DNA of 64,000 nt, from positions 167,214,001-167,278,000 of the forward strand of contig JANJGN010000009.1 in NCBI GenBank assembly GCA_026770705.1, in the 5' to 3' direction. The DNA comes from Isurus oxyrinchus (Eukaryota). Shown piece after piece: positions 21,952 through 34,600 of the stretch (its first letter is position 1; each line of letters opens with the position of its first letter). Made by a program: the position numbers and the translations under genes. The notes under the pieces are model-generated. The model was not told where the DNA came from. It was given only the letters and a program-made list of their open reading frames with translations, and searched no databases.

Positions 21952-24900
21952 CTATATGCCATTTTGAAAGGCCAATAAAGTATAATACAGCATTGCTCTT
22001 ACAACATTTATAATCGTTATATTTCATACATTTCCATACAGCATATAAACAAAGTATGAAATGGTGCTAGTTTGAACATAACATTTGCAGTACCGTATAA
22101 TACAATGCATTTATAAACATAACCTGATTTCCATAAAACAGAAACATCCAACTTAATTGTTCATCCCTAATGGGGATCTTTTATTAGTGTAGTCACTTTA
22201 ATAAAGTCATAAATATTTAGAATCAGACTACAATTACTTTGACTGAAATTACAATACCATTATTCTGTTTAAGCATACCTACAGTTTACCTAAGGAAAAC
22301 TAGGCCATTAATTGCATTTAACCCTTCCTTATCCATAAGGGCACAAACGGCACTTTTGTGCGAGGGAAGATGTGCGAGTGAAGGTGTTGCTGATTAAGAT
22401 ATTGAAGCTCAATTTAAACAGGTAACTAATTACTGGGCTTTACCTTTAATACAGAGTGAATAATACCTTTAATATAAAGCATCAATCACTTCAGCATGAG
22501 CAGTTTTTATAATGTTGCTATAGTGCAGACGTTAACATTATTTTGGATAAAAGATGTGCAAAATCCACTGACAAAGAAAATACAACTTTACTGCATTATA
22601 AATGGTTACAATCCAACCAGATTATTAACTGGTTAATTTTACCTGCAGGTCCTGCTTTATCAATCAAGCACTCTGGACAATTCGTACCATGATCCTTTAT
22701 GAATTCATGAAGTAGGTTTGAACACTTCATGGATTGGAAAGGGTTAAAAACAGCTGAGTTTATAAACTCAAAGATATCACAGCTAAAAAGGGAACAAGAT
22801 AATCACAGAATTTACAAATGCCACCCAGTTCCCATCACACACAAAAAAACTTATAGGCATGTGTGAAATTTGAACTGCGGATTTATTGTAGTCCTGGTTA
22901 AACTGGTGGTGGCATTGGTCACGTGAACAAATGGGATTACAGGATTAAGACGGGCAATGGGATATTATATCGCACCTTTGTATGAAAATATGTCAGGGTA
23001 GTAAATGTCACAAACATCCTACTGTTTAGTAAAATTAAGGCAACAATTTTAACAAAGCAAGTCTACAAAACCTGGACGCGTATTTAAAGAAAAGTTAAAA
23101 ATGATCAGGTACCTATCTCAGGGTGCCAATACAATTACATCACATTCTTACTAATTGTAGGCTTGAAATCTAGTTGCGCAGATCAACATGATTTTCCTCC
23201 AAGAGTGTATATGAAGTTCTACAGCACTGATTGAGTAAAAATATTAATTCTGACTGATTACTAAGGCCTGGGAAATGCACTCGTCTGTCCCAAAAAAAAA
23301 AAAATCATACTTCAACCATACAACAAATGTGCTCCCTGCATAGGAAAAAAATCCAGTTTCGGAATCTATTTCTTTTTTGCATATAAAGTTTTTCAAATGG
23401 CTACAGTTCAGCTCAGTTAGCAGTTTGTTCTTACATTTCTTTGGGTGCAATGGGTTCTGTGTACATTCAGAAAATTCTGTGATTACCTTCTGTACCTGGG
23501 AAAAGCTCACAGAAGCAGGACATATACAGCAGCATATCCAAGGACATCTACGTACCTACGTGCAGTACACAAGAAACTTCTACAAAACTGCCAGCAGATC
23601 AGCACATGCAGAGAAATGAAGGACCGTAAGGTGGTGATGATTATGGCCTGAAACCTGCTCGGAGTATCTATTCATGAAACTTTACACAATACTTGACGGG
23701 AAAACACCCACTGAAATTTAAAAGTAGCTGTACAATTAAATTTGCGCAACCACGTTTGTGATTACTGGGCATCGAGATGTCACCATCAGGTCGACAGTGG
23801 CACTTCAAATCAAATCATACTTATTCTCTACAAAGTACACCAAAATTACCAGGCTTATATACTTCCATTAAAGTCCCAGTATTTTTGCTCAGTGTGTTTT
23901 GGTCACCAGCACAGAAGAATGAAGCCACTTTCCACTTTTGCATTTGTGACAATGCTAATGATTTGAGACCAAGTAACCCAAGTTTTGGCCCCTACAGCAG
24001 ATATGTAGTTAGAAGGAAAGGGAAGAAATATAGCCAAACACAACAGCATTTAAAATTCTTGGTTCCATCTAAACATCTTACTAGCATAGTGATAAGGCAC
24101 TTGCTTCTCACCTCTACATTTTACAGATTAAGTCAGGCAAAGCCTTACATTCCAAACATATTTGTAATATTTGAATCTTGGCATTAGTAGCATCCACCTT
24201 CTAATATATGAACCCCAGCCACACACAAAAAGAAAACACTAATTACACTATTTAGAAAACAGACACCTGCTACCAGCCAATCCATATGGCAACTTAGGCA
24301 CTTGAGCTGTAAAAGAAACTTCAGTGCTAATCTGTAAACATAACTGTAATCAGCAGTCTCAGCGACTGATCAGAGGTCAAATTTCTTTTTTTATTAAAAA
24401 CAGGGGTGGGGGAGTGATGAAGTGGCCTTCTAAATGATTTAGTAAAGAGAGAAAACTTTAAATTTAAATTAAAAAATGCCTCACCCCACCCAGAGAACAC
24501 AGTTTGCACAGGAAACATCATGGTCAGAGTTTTAAGGCTAAAGTTGCACAATACGAAGTTATAATTATTATAAATCTGGCCAAGCCAGGTCAACAAGATA
24601 CAAGGATTCTTGGCTTATATCCTTTGTTTTTGACATCCATTGGTTGATGTTAACAACATGGTCTTGGATTACAAGAGAGCTGGTGGAAAACCCTGAATAG
24701 AAATCCAGACAGCACAATCATCTCTTTAATAAGATCTGCTCTTGGCTTGAGTGCGCTGTAAAAGATCTGTAGCTTTAGCAGTGCAACAGCAGACAGAGTG
24801 CAAGTCTCAGTCTCAACTATCATACCAGCTTCATACCCATTAGCCGGTTAGAGCAAATTGTGGATGCTGTGCAGTCCAAAGCATTGCTCTCTTACCCTAG

Positions 24901-27900
24901 AAATCTGGACTCAAATCCTACTCGGAGAGAACAAGGTCTCTTTCATTTGCCACAAGTTTAAGGTCACAGATTAAAAGAAAACAAATTAAAGAAATTCTGA
25001 CAAGTCTTGATCCAGTTTCCAGTTGGAATCTGTAGTCCAAAATCAACCCTAATTTGGCACTGGTTCGAAATTTTCATCTAAGACAAGCTAATTAAGACTG
25101 TTACAGAACCCAAATTGTTGTAGCTCGGGTATGTCCAGGACTTGAAAGCGATGTTCATTTTCAGATTTGTTCTGAGCTATGCCTGATCCAAGAGTGCAAA
25201 AGAAAGCACAAAGTGGAAAGGAAGTTTCATTCTTTAGCCCTGTAAACCTCACCCTGATGAGTACACCTACATATAGAAGATAATACTGTGAAGCCATTTA
25301 TTTGGCCGACTGAAGTTCAAAAGTTGTGCACGGAACTGGTGTAGAACAGATTCGGTTCAAAGGACAAAATCCCTAATCCCTCACAGCTGTGGTGAACAAT
25401 ATAGATGATCCTGGAAATGAACATCAGATAACAAAGACCACATATACTTGTTAAATGGAAGTCAGCTTAATCCCGTTGATAAACTAGAAATTGCCAACTG
25501 CACCCAACAATTGGAAAAAGTAAATGCAATTTGGCAACTCTTAGTTTTCAAAACACCTACTGAAAATATTTTCAAAGCTGCAATATATTCTCACCAATAT
25601 CTGCTCAAGCATAATATGAAAACAGTTAAATATACATAATGTGGGACTGGGCAATTGAAATTTCATTATTTGCTACTATGCCCCAATTATTACATATAAC
25701 TTGGTGATCTCAAATTGCATAGAACAGAATCAATTGTAAATTGCTAAAATATGATACTTTAGTTCCATCTAGTGGGATGCTGGGGTAGTGCCTAATTTCT
25801 AATTCCATTTACTAGCTCTTTGCAACTTGTTTTGCCCCTGCCAATTCTCCCCCTTTCTGGGGTCTAATTCTATAAGCAGCACTTCCAGCAGCTATTTCAA
25901 GTGGTGATTTATTCAAGTGTTAGATTTAATACTCATTCAACATATTAATTCACCTTGGGAGACAGAGGATGTATGCAGCAGAGTCCCAACCAGTCCTTGG
26001 ATATCCTCGCATGTACATCAGCAGGGGGTTACTAGATAGCAACAAACATAGGAACAATGGCCACTTTTACCCTCCTCCCAACCCAGCAGCACTGAGGCCA
26101 ACTGCATGAATACTATTGCTGTCTCCAACTGAAAAATCAGCTCATAGACCTAATGTGAACCTAGAAGATCCCCCAGTCTATAGTACCAGATACTCATTGC
26201 ATTACCTCACTAAGCTACTGGAGGAGCCAAAATGTACTCTTTTTGACTTCCCCCTGCCACCCCACCCCCCATTTTGAAGTAATTTTGTTATTATTTCTAT
26301 GCATTTTCTCACTCAAATTGGCAATTGTGTAAGAGCTTTTAACTGTTAAACCAGTAAACTGGTACTGTGTGAACAAAGCACAGAAGTGATTCCCACTAAC
26401 TTTCTTCTCCCTGCTTAGGAAAAGCTCTTGGTGCCTCACTATTTGTCCTCACACGGCTAACCAGCTTTGGAATGAAAGGCTGCTGTGCGAAAATTCCACT
26501 TTCGGTCACATTCGGTTGTTTCTACAATTTGCCACACTAGTTCCTGTGCTACACAAGGCACCACTTTCAGGTTAAAAACAATTGTACAAAGGAAACCAGT
26601 TCAATAATAATTTGTTCCAAAATCTTCCACATAAGTGGAGACTTTTCACTATAGCATATTAAACAAGAATAAGCTAAAAAGTGCAGCACCATCTATGACT
26701 GCTGTAAATTCAAAGGTGGAGGGAGGGTGCAGTTCTAATTAAACAACGCCTTTTGTATCTGAAAAATGAAAGCAATTAGCTTCAGGAATGTCATATGAAT
26801 TGATGACATTTTCTGATATCACAATAGCCAGTTTTGCAGGGAGTTTTAAAACAAAGATGTTCAAACTTTAAATATATTTGTAAAGACTTGCAATTTAAGA
26901 CTGATAGTTGATGGGGACGCTCAAGTATCAAATAAAAATCTTTAGTGCTGTTGAGTGTCTGAATTACCTTTTTCTTTAAAAAAAAACTTTAAGACAATGA
27001 TGCCCTTCATTTCTTTTTCATAGATTCTCCACACCTGTCAGCTCGCCCCCAACAAACTCAAAACATAAATATACTGCAGCTTTGAAAGTCATATTGGGAA
27101 AGTTAGCCAAACGCACAAACGTCAGGCTATGCAATCATGTGCAGAAAGTTATTACAATATTTGCATTCCCATGGACCTCAGCAGAAATGCTTATGGCCAA
27201 ACACTGTCGTACTCACATTGTTGTATTAATTGGTGAAGTTATGGTGTCTTTGTTTAACTGCAGCCAAAGTACAACATACAAATAAGTAATTAACTTTAAA
27301 GTTCCAACAATCGGAAGGAGCGAGCAAGTCTCAGTGTAAACAAAGGCACCAGACAGACTGGATTTTGTTAAACACTATCATCTTATTTCATGCATGGAGG
27401 GTTGGCACTTTTTTGGCACATTTTGTAATGTTTTATAACCCTGAAAATGTAAAGAGTCAATTACAGAACAAGAAATAAGAGTTAAGGATGTTCAATATAA
27501 ATTGCAGAAAGTCAGTTTGATGAATGATTGCTCTTTTGATGGAAAATTAATTCCTGCAATCTATATAAGGGAACAGTATGTACTTTCAAAATATACGGTG
27601 CTCACACACACACACAACCCCTTATGTAACTAGCTGAAACGGGCTAAAAATTTGGGGTCTTCTCCTTTCTGATTCATAGCAGATATATTGGAAACATGGA
27701 GAAAAGCTGAAATCTCATTCCATGTGTCGCTACATCTACTGTAGAAATTACTGCTACATAATCATTTGCCCACCTCAAATTTCAACTTAAGTTTAGACCA
27801 CTGATGCTCGTTTGAAGAAAGAGGTTTAATTATTTTAAATATTAGCCTGCAACATTTTTATACACCTCCAACTGCCTTTTAAGGCTAATTTCTCTGGCCA

Positions 27901-30691
27901 ATTCTTTTGTTTTAAATATATACTCGTTTTCCATTTCTCACTTTTTCTTCCATCCCAAGTTGTTGGGGTGAGTGAATCTGTACACTAGCACTACTGCCTC
28001 CCCACTTCTACCATGCTAAATGATCACTGTTCATGTGTGAGAACTCAAGTTTCAGCAAGCTGCTCCACCTTGCACAAGGATGACCATTCAAGCCAGAAGT
28101 GCCTCTTCACCTGAAATCCATGTACTCACTCTTCTTCCAGGAGTCATGAGACTGCAGCTAAGAGGGGCAGTGATGCCTTTCCTTCCCCTCCCCAACCAAC
28201 CACTGTCACTGCAGAGATCAGCTAATTCAACCATTAGATTGAACTGTTGACTTTCCTACTAGGCACAGGTTAACTACTTACTAGATAAGCTTAGAGGTAT
28301 TGATGGATCATAAATTATTATATTTGTGCTATGTTGATTTTATCAATACAAACATACTGTATCAGAATCCCCATCTCATCAAACTTTAATTTAATTTCCA
28401 CTGACAAATAAAGCAAAAGCATTTTCAATGAGCAGGCCACCTTTGAAATTTGTAGCAAACATCCTTAATCCTTTGACAGTTGTTTATCTGTGCTAATCTG
28501 TGTAGTTTTTATATCTTTCACTACACAATGCACAGTGAAACAATGTTGACTGATGCATAGTAATGACTGTCACCAAACACTTCTCCTGACACTTAAATCT
28601 AAGAGACCGTATCTGTTTTCCTGGGCCTGCGCACACAGTCTATTTCATAAAGCATTAAAAAGGACATTTAAAAAAACATTTCGTAAAGCACATGATATTG
28701 TTTCCTTTCGAAAGTAGCAGCCCATCAAAATGACTATTTCTGTACCAAGCTTGTTATCTTTAACAAAGGATCTCTGCAGGAATGTAGTAACACTTTTAAG
28801 CCATTCTGAAATGTCTGTGCACGTAAGACCTTTTAAACAGAGACTGTCCCTTAAAAAAAAAGGCAAAATTTTACCTAAAGAAGAGAACATAGCCTATAAT
28901 GTACCATATTTGACACTTCAGAAGTAGGACATTTTCTAATAATTCATTTTTAATGGCAATTATGGCTAGCAGTGGGTTCCAACAAATGAAGAGCTGTAAC
29001 AAAACATAGAAGAAAAGTATTAAAAACATGCATGAACATGGATGTCTGACCTAATCCAGTAAAACTGGATTTTTTTTTTTGCAACATCCCACCTTATACA
29101 ACACTCCACAAAATGTGCAAGAATATGTTAATACCCAAATAAGGAAAAGCAAAAACCACTGTTTTTCCTGATGCTTTAAACATGTAAAAGATGAAATACA
29201 AAATACACAAAATAGCTTTTAAAATATGAATGGTTGATTTAAGGTCAATCTTCAGATGATGTTTTGTAAAAGGTAAAGCCAGCCAGGGGTCTGACTCCCT
29301 GACTGCTGTCTAATGAATCAATTTGGAAAGAACTTTACAGATATTAGGTGTAAGCATTTCCTGTCATGACCTAGGTGAGAATGGCCAGTTTGGTGGGGTA
29401 TCTATGGAAAGCTATACAGCCAAGGCCAATTCACTGCCTCGAAAAGAGGGGTACAAAAAAAAAATCAACATGGTTCTGTCACATTGATGCTAAATGTATC
29501 CTAAATTATTTCATTATAATATTGCAAAATAATTTAACAGCTGGAAAATGTAAATTCAAATAATGTTCACAATTCCCAAAAAGTCTCAAAGAAAAACCAT
29601 ATAGTTTCAAAACCAAACTTCTTCTACAGATCCGTCCCATTATACATCAAATTGAACGAATTGCATTGGGTTCCTCTCATAGCTCATTGCATAAAATCAT
29701 CTCACTGCGTTGCTAAGCTTACAAAGCAGAAATAAACACTGAAAATGCTAGGGCAATCAGTAACTGAAAACAAGTCTCCACACCAGAAATACAAGGGTAT
29801 ATTAATGCACAGGTTTATAGGGCTATGCCCCTGGGGTCCGTGGCAGACATTGCGATCCTGACCAGGGGTGCCGTACAAATCTTGCGTTTGGCAAAATGAT
29901 ACCTTTTCATTTAAATGCAGTATGTTGTAATGTGGATCACTTGACACTGTAGTCCAAGTCTATAGACTTGTATCTTCATGAATTTTATTACGTATTTGTG
30001 TTTTAACTGATCAATGGGTTGGCAGGGAGGGGGTGTCTATGTGGGACGAGCACATGCTTAAGTCTGGCTCTGCTGAAACATCACAACCACACTTCTCTTT
30101 ACAGAGCTGGGTGTCCTATGCATTCCTAGCATGTTATACTTTTGTTTCAGATTTCCATCTTTTCCTTTTTAAAAAACAGAAAGCAAATCTACCTGACCCT
30201 CCCCAATTTCAACAGCATTAAAACCCATCACATTTCTGCCTCTCTTCAGTACCAAAGAAATGTTAATGGTTTCTCTCTCCACAGATGCTATCAAACCTGT
30301 TGAGTTTTCCAGCATTTTCTATTTTTATTTCAGATTTCCAATACCCACAGTATTTTGCTTTTATTACAGAAAACAGCAAGTTCCTGATTTAATCCGTGAT
30401 CTTTGTGGATCAGCTGACCTGGGCAGGGAGGTTGCGGGGATCCTATCAGGTTAGAAATTAACCAGGACTCCCGCCTGTTATTTGCTATTCCCAGCAGAAC
30501 ATGGGCATAGGTGGAAACAAAAGTTCAGCCCTATTGCACTTCATGGTCAAATAACTGCTCAGGTCCATACAGGAAACACAGCGACCAGGGTATAGCAACA
30601 GGAGAATTTTAGTCCTAATAACTAATGGAACTACACCCAATTGGAACAGGCAGATATAAACTCTAAGCTCAAGGATGAAAATTGTTGATGC

Positions 30692-31645
30692 TTACAATGG
30701 CAAATCTGTACTGTTGTGCCTCGTCTTCCTTGATGTCCCATCATCCCTTGGTAGTGCTTTTTGCAAACTGGACATAGCAGCTGTCTTTTTAATGTCTATC
30801 ACAGCGTAAAACTCAGTCCTACGTGTCGGAGTTGGCGGAACTGGAGTGCTGGGCATTTTGGGGGTCTGGGGGTTATCAGAGTCACTCCCACCCTCCAGCT
30901 CCACTTGAATGTAGTTTAATTGTCTTTGTTCAGGGCACGGACGTTTAAAGTCAAAGCTGAAGACATTTGGAGTGCAATCCCACCGCCGGGTGAAGTCTAC
31001 TTTATGTAAACCAGGTTGAATAGTTACATTCTCAGTATTGACATAGTTCCGCAGTGGGTCAAAGTTATTGTGGTATCCATTTTGTGGAGGGGTTCCAGGG
31101 TCACTCCAGTCCTCTTCCTCCCGTCGTTGTGTCTGGCTTTCCCATACAGGAGGTAAAGAGGGCAGGTTTTCATAGTTCAGCATGGCTGTCTTCCTATGAG
31201 CACAGTTGTTAAGGTTTTGGCCATCCCCACCCATCTTGAGCCGACCTCGTCGTAACCCTGTACCAGTGGACACAAGCAAGCCATTAATATTCTCATAAGT
31301 CATCTTGTTGTTAGATGCGCACGCCATGCTATACTCATCACCATCGTGGATATGATCTCGGTCCACAAAACTCAAGTCGCCACTACTGTGTTCAGTGTGA
31401 TCTTTGTGTCTCTCTATCCTTTCGCGCTCCATTATTCGTTTCTGGACTGGCGTTGGTCCTAGGACAAACTTGACCTCCCCAGGCTGCAGGAGGACTTGAG
31501 GAGTTCTGTCCTCTGTTTCAGGGCAGTGATTTGCATGGCTTCGCATCATTTCAGAGATGGACGGTCGAGCCTCCGTCAGGCCATGAACGCAGGGTCTTTT
31601 CTTCCGCTCCTCATCAACATTGGAAGTATTCACATATGTGTGAAT
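30692..31645 (-). CDS. frs3: frs3 last coding exon (IHTYVNT...RHNSTDLPL*)
   Basis: Acceptor tttcctatag|ATT; 954 nt; corresponds to ORF 30692..31633 plus 4 upstream codons. Confidence 0.95.
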   Translation of the reverse strand: MHTYVNTSNVDEERKKRPCVHGLTEARPSISEMMRSHANHCPETEDRTPQVLLQPGEVKFVLGPTPVQKRIMERERIERHKDHTEHSSGDLSFVDRDHIHDGDEYSMACASNNKMTYENINGLLVSTGTGLRRGRLKMGGDGQNLNNCAHRKTAMLNYENLPSLPPVWESQTQRREEEDWSDPGTPPQNGYHNNFDPLRNYVNTENVTIQPGLHKVDFTRRWDCTPNVFSFDFKRPCPEQRQLNYIQVELEGGSDSDNPQTPKMPSTPVPPTPTRRTEFYAVIDIKKTAAMSSLQKALPRDDGTSRKTRHNSTDLPL

Positions 31646-34600
31646 CTATAGGAAAAAGGGCCACAAAATGTTGAAAAAGATATTCACTAACTACATTTAA
31701 AATGTGTAAACATTACCAAATTTAATCAGGACTGAACATGGATTAGACAGATAAAATTAATAGAGGGAATAAAATAATTTTTTGGCTTGCCCATAATACT
31801 GTAATACAAACTACTTAATTCAACTTACAAATGAAGAGATTGTCAGTCCAAACTTATCCCACTGTCGACTAACAGGAGAATGTAACCTTCCTTACTTTAT
31901 TTTACCCAATAAATAAAAAAAAAACCATCTCCCAGAATCAGTCACCTGCTCGGTGTCATGAAAGGCCAATTGCTAGGTTCTGAAATCAGCTTAGAAAGTA
32001 TAAATAAGCAGTAATTGTGGAATTTTATTGATTTCCCTCCTCGCTGTGCAATTTGGTTAGGTTGGCATCAAAGTGGATAATTTGATTTAGTCTTTAATTT
32101 TCCAATGAAAAACTATTTAATTTTGTATCACGTCTAAAACAAATAAATTTTTATATTCACTAATACAGCACACTGACAAAATAATATTCTTTTATCAAAT
32201 AATTGGCTAGAATTTTAATGTTAGGTAATTTTGTTAATTTTCATGACAGATACAACAGTCCAAATAAATGCTTACCTGGAACACTAACCACTGATATTTG
32301 AGTCATGTGCAATGGAGAATACGCTGTGCACTATACATCTCATTTACACACCCAGTATGACATTTCTAGCACATATATAGGTTAAATTAATTTCCAGAAT
32401 AAGCCACTACAAGATTTACTTTCAGCTCAAGTAGATAAGTGAATGCTTTAATTGATTTAACAATACACTCCTCCAGAGGTTAGTGCTGCAGTAGAATTCC
32501 ATATTTAATTCTGATGACTTCATGACGGTAATTGTACAATGCATTTACACGGTCTTTGGCTGTGCTTCTTTCTAAAGTAGTATCACCATATAAAGTGGCT
32601 CGCCTATCTTCCTGCTTATAGGAACAGGAGTAGGCCACCTAGCCCCTCTAGCCGGACTGCCAATCAGTTCCATAACCCTTACAACCATTGCCTAACAAAA
32701 ATATAGCAATTACAGTTCTGAAATTTTCAACTCACCTGGGCTCAACGTCTTTTTGGGGGTTGGGAGTGGGAGGGGAAAGAAATTCTGATTTTCACTACCC
32801 TTTGTTCCAAGCACAGTATAGACCTAAAGCTTCTTCTATCTGTCTTTTCAGCTGCTGACATTTGCTGCTTATTCCCATATTATGTTACAGAGCTGTATAC
32901 CTCCTAACTCCAAATTGCTTTCCAACAATGAACAATGTAATACAAATAGCGTAAGGAGGGCTGAAGTGCATCAACCCAAAAAACATCAATGTATTGGATT
33001 ATGGCAATATTTTGAGGCTATAATGATTTATAGGTGAAGTTTTCAACCTGTGAATTAAATTGACCATAAGTAGGTGTGTACGCACCTGATCGTCACCACC
33101 TACGATCAAAGGATGCGTAGAATCTTCACCCACTGAGGAGAGGCGGGTGCTTCCTATGGAGGGATGTCGAGTTGATGGGTGAGAGGAGCCATCGCCCATT
33201 GGTGGATAACACGGGAACCCATTTGGAAATCCTGGCACAGCAAAACCAGGAGCTGAAAAAGATCATTTGCACTTGGCTTTACTTCAGCAAGTTGAACTGC
33301 ATGTTTGTATTAACAAACTATTCCAAACTCTTTCCAGTTATTTGTTCATTTACCACTAACCTTTTTATATTCATAGAAAGATCATTGGGCCCTTCCAAGA
33401 AATTCAATAGGAAGATAATTGTTAGATTATACCAAGAATCACACCAGCATGATATATGGTAAACACAAATCAGTTTTCCCCCCATTGGAAGAAATCTTGT
33501 ACTCTATAGAAACAAAAGCAACATAGGGCGATTTGGGATTTCGTCTTCATAGCAAAGGGGATGAAGTAGGAGGGTGTCAGGAAACTGACAAAGGAATTTA
33601 AACTCAAGCAAATGAGCAAAGCCATTTGCCTCTTCAGACTTAATTACAGCCCTACAAAGAAAGAGGCTGTAGAAATAAATCTTGACTTACATGGACAGTA
33701 TAAGAGGGTTTATACTCCCATTCCACCACTACTTCCTTCTGCGTCCATCCCCGAAAATAATTCAAGTTATTCTTGGCTGCACTTTCAAACTCCCTGTCAA
33801 GCTATCGCCATTCCATTCACCACAATATTACTGCAGTTGTTCATTTGCTCAAAAATCGCTCCCTCACCTCCACTTTTGATGTCCTGGTCCACAAAACACT
33901 TACTCTCACCCATTCCAGTGGAATGGCTTCCACCTTTGCTCTTTTAAAAAGAGTGCAGACTTCAGTATATCTGGTGCACAAAATGGTTTAGCCAGCCACC
34001 AGATCACATTGAGCACTATTTGGCCTTGTTTTCCTCTGCCCAAACACCACTTTATTCCTGGATAGCAAAGATAGCCTCCAAAATTATTTTATCTAACACC
34101 TACCTTCACCATAAACCCATCTCTTCCTTACCCCTCCAACCTTTTCTTACCCCTTCAGCCTTACCGCCAACAACTGCAACAAGCTTGTGGACTTCCTCAT
34201 CACTAAGATGGAGGCCATTCATTCAGTTGCGCCCACTGCTTTCTCCCACCTTCCCCTTGCCAACCAAGTCATATCACCCTCGGATCTCCCTCTCACTGCC
34301 CTAAACCCTGAACTTGTGTTTTTCTCCCATTTCGGTCTTCTCCCCTTATGGCCTCTTTGAGCTCACAACATCCATGAGGTCTAATTCCTACTCACTTGAT
34401 CTATTCCCACTAAATTGTTGACAACCTAACATCCCTTCCTGGCCCTCATGTCAGCTAAAATTGCAAATATTTTGTTCTCTTCAGATACCACCACCAAACC
34501 CCACTTTCAAAACTTTTGTTACCACCATCTACTTTTTTGTCCTTACAAACAAATAGCCTCACCTCCAATTTCCTTTCAAAAGTTCTTAAACATTGTATTG

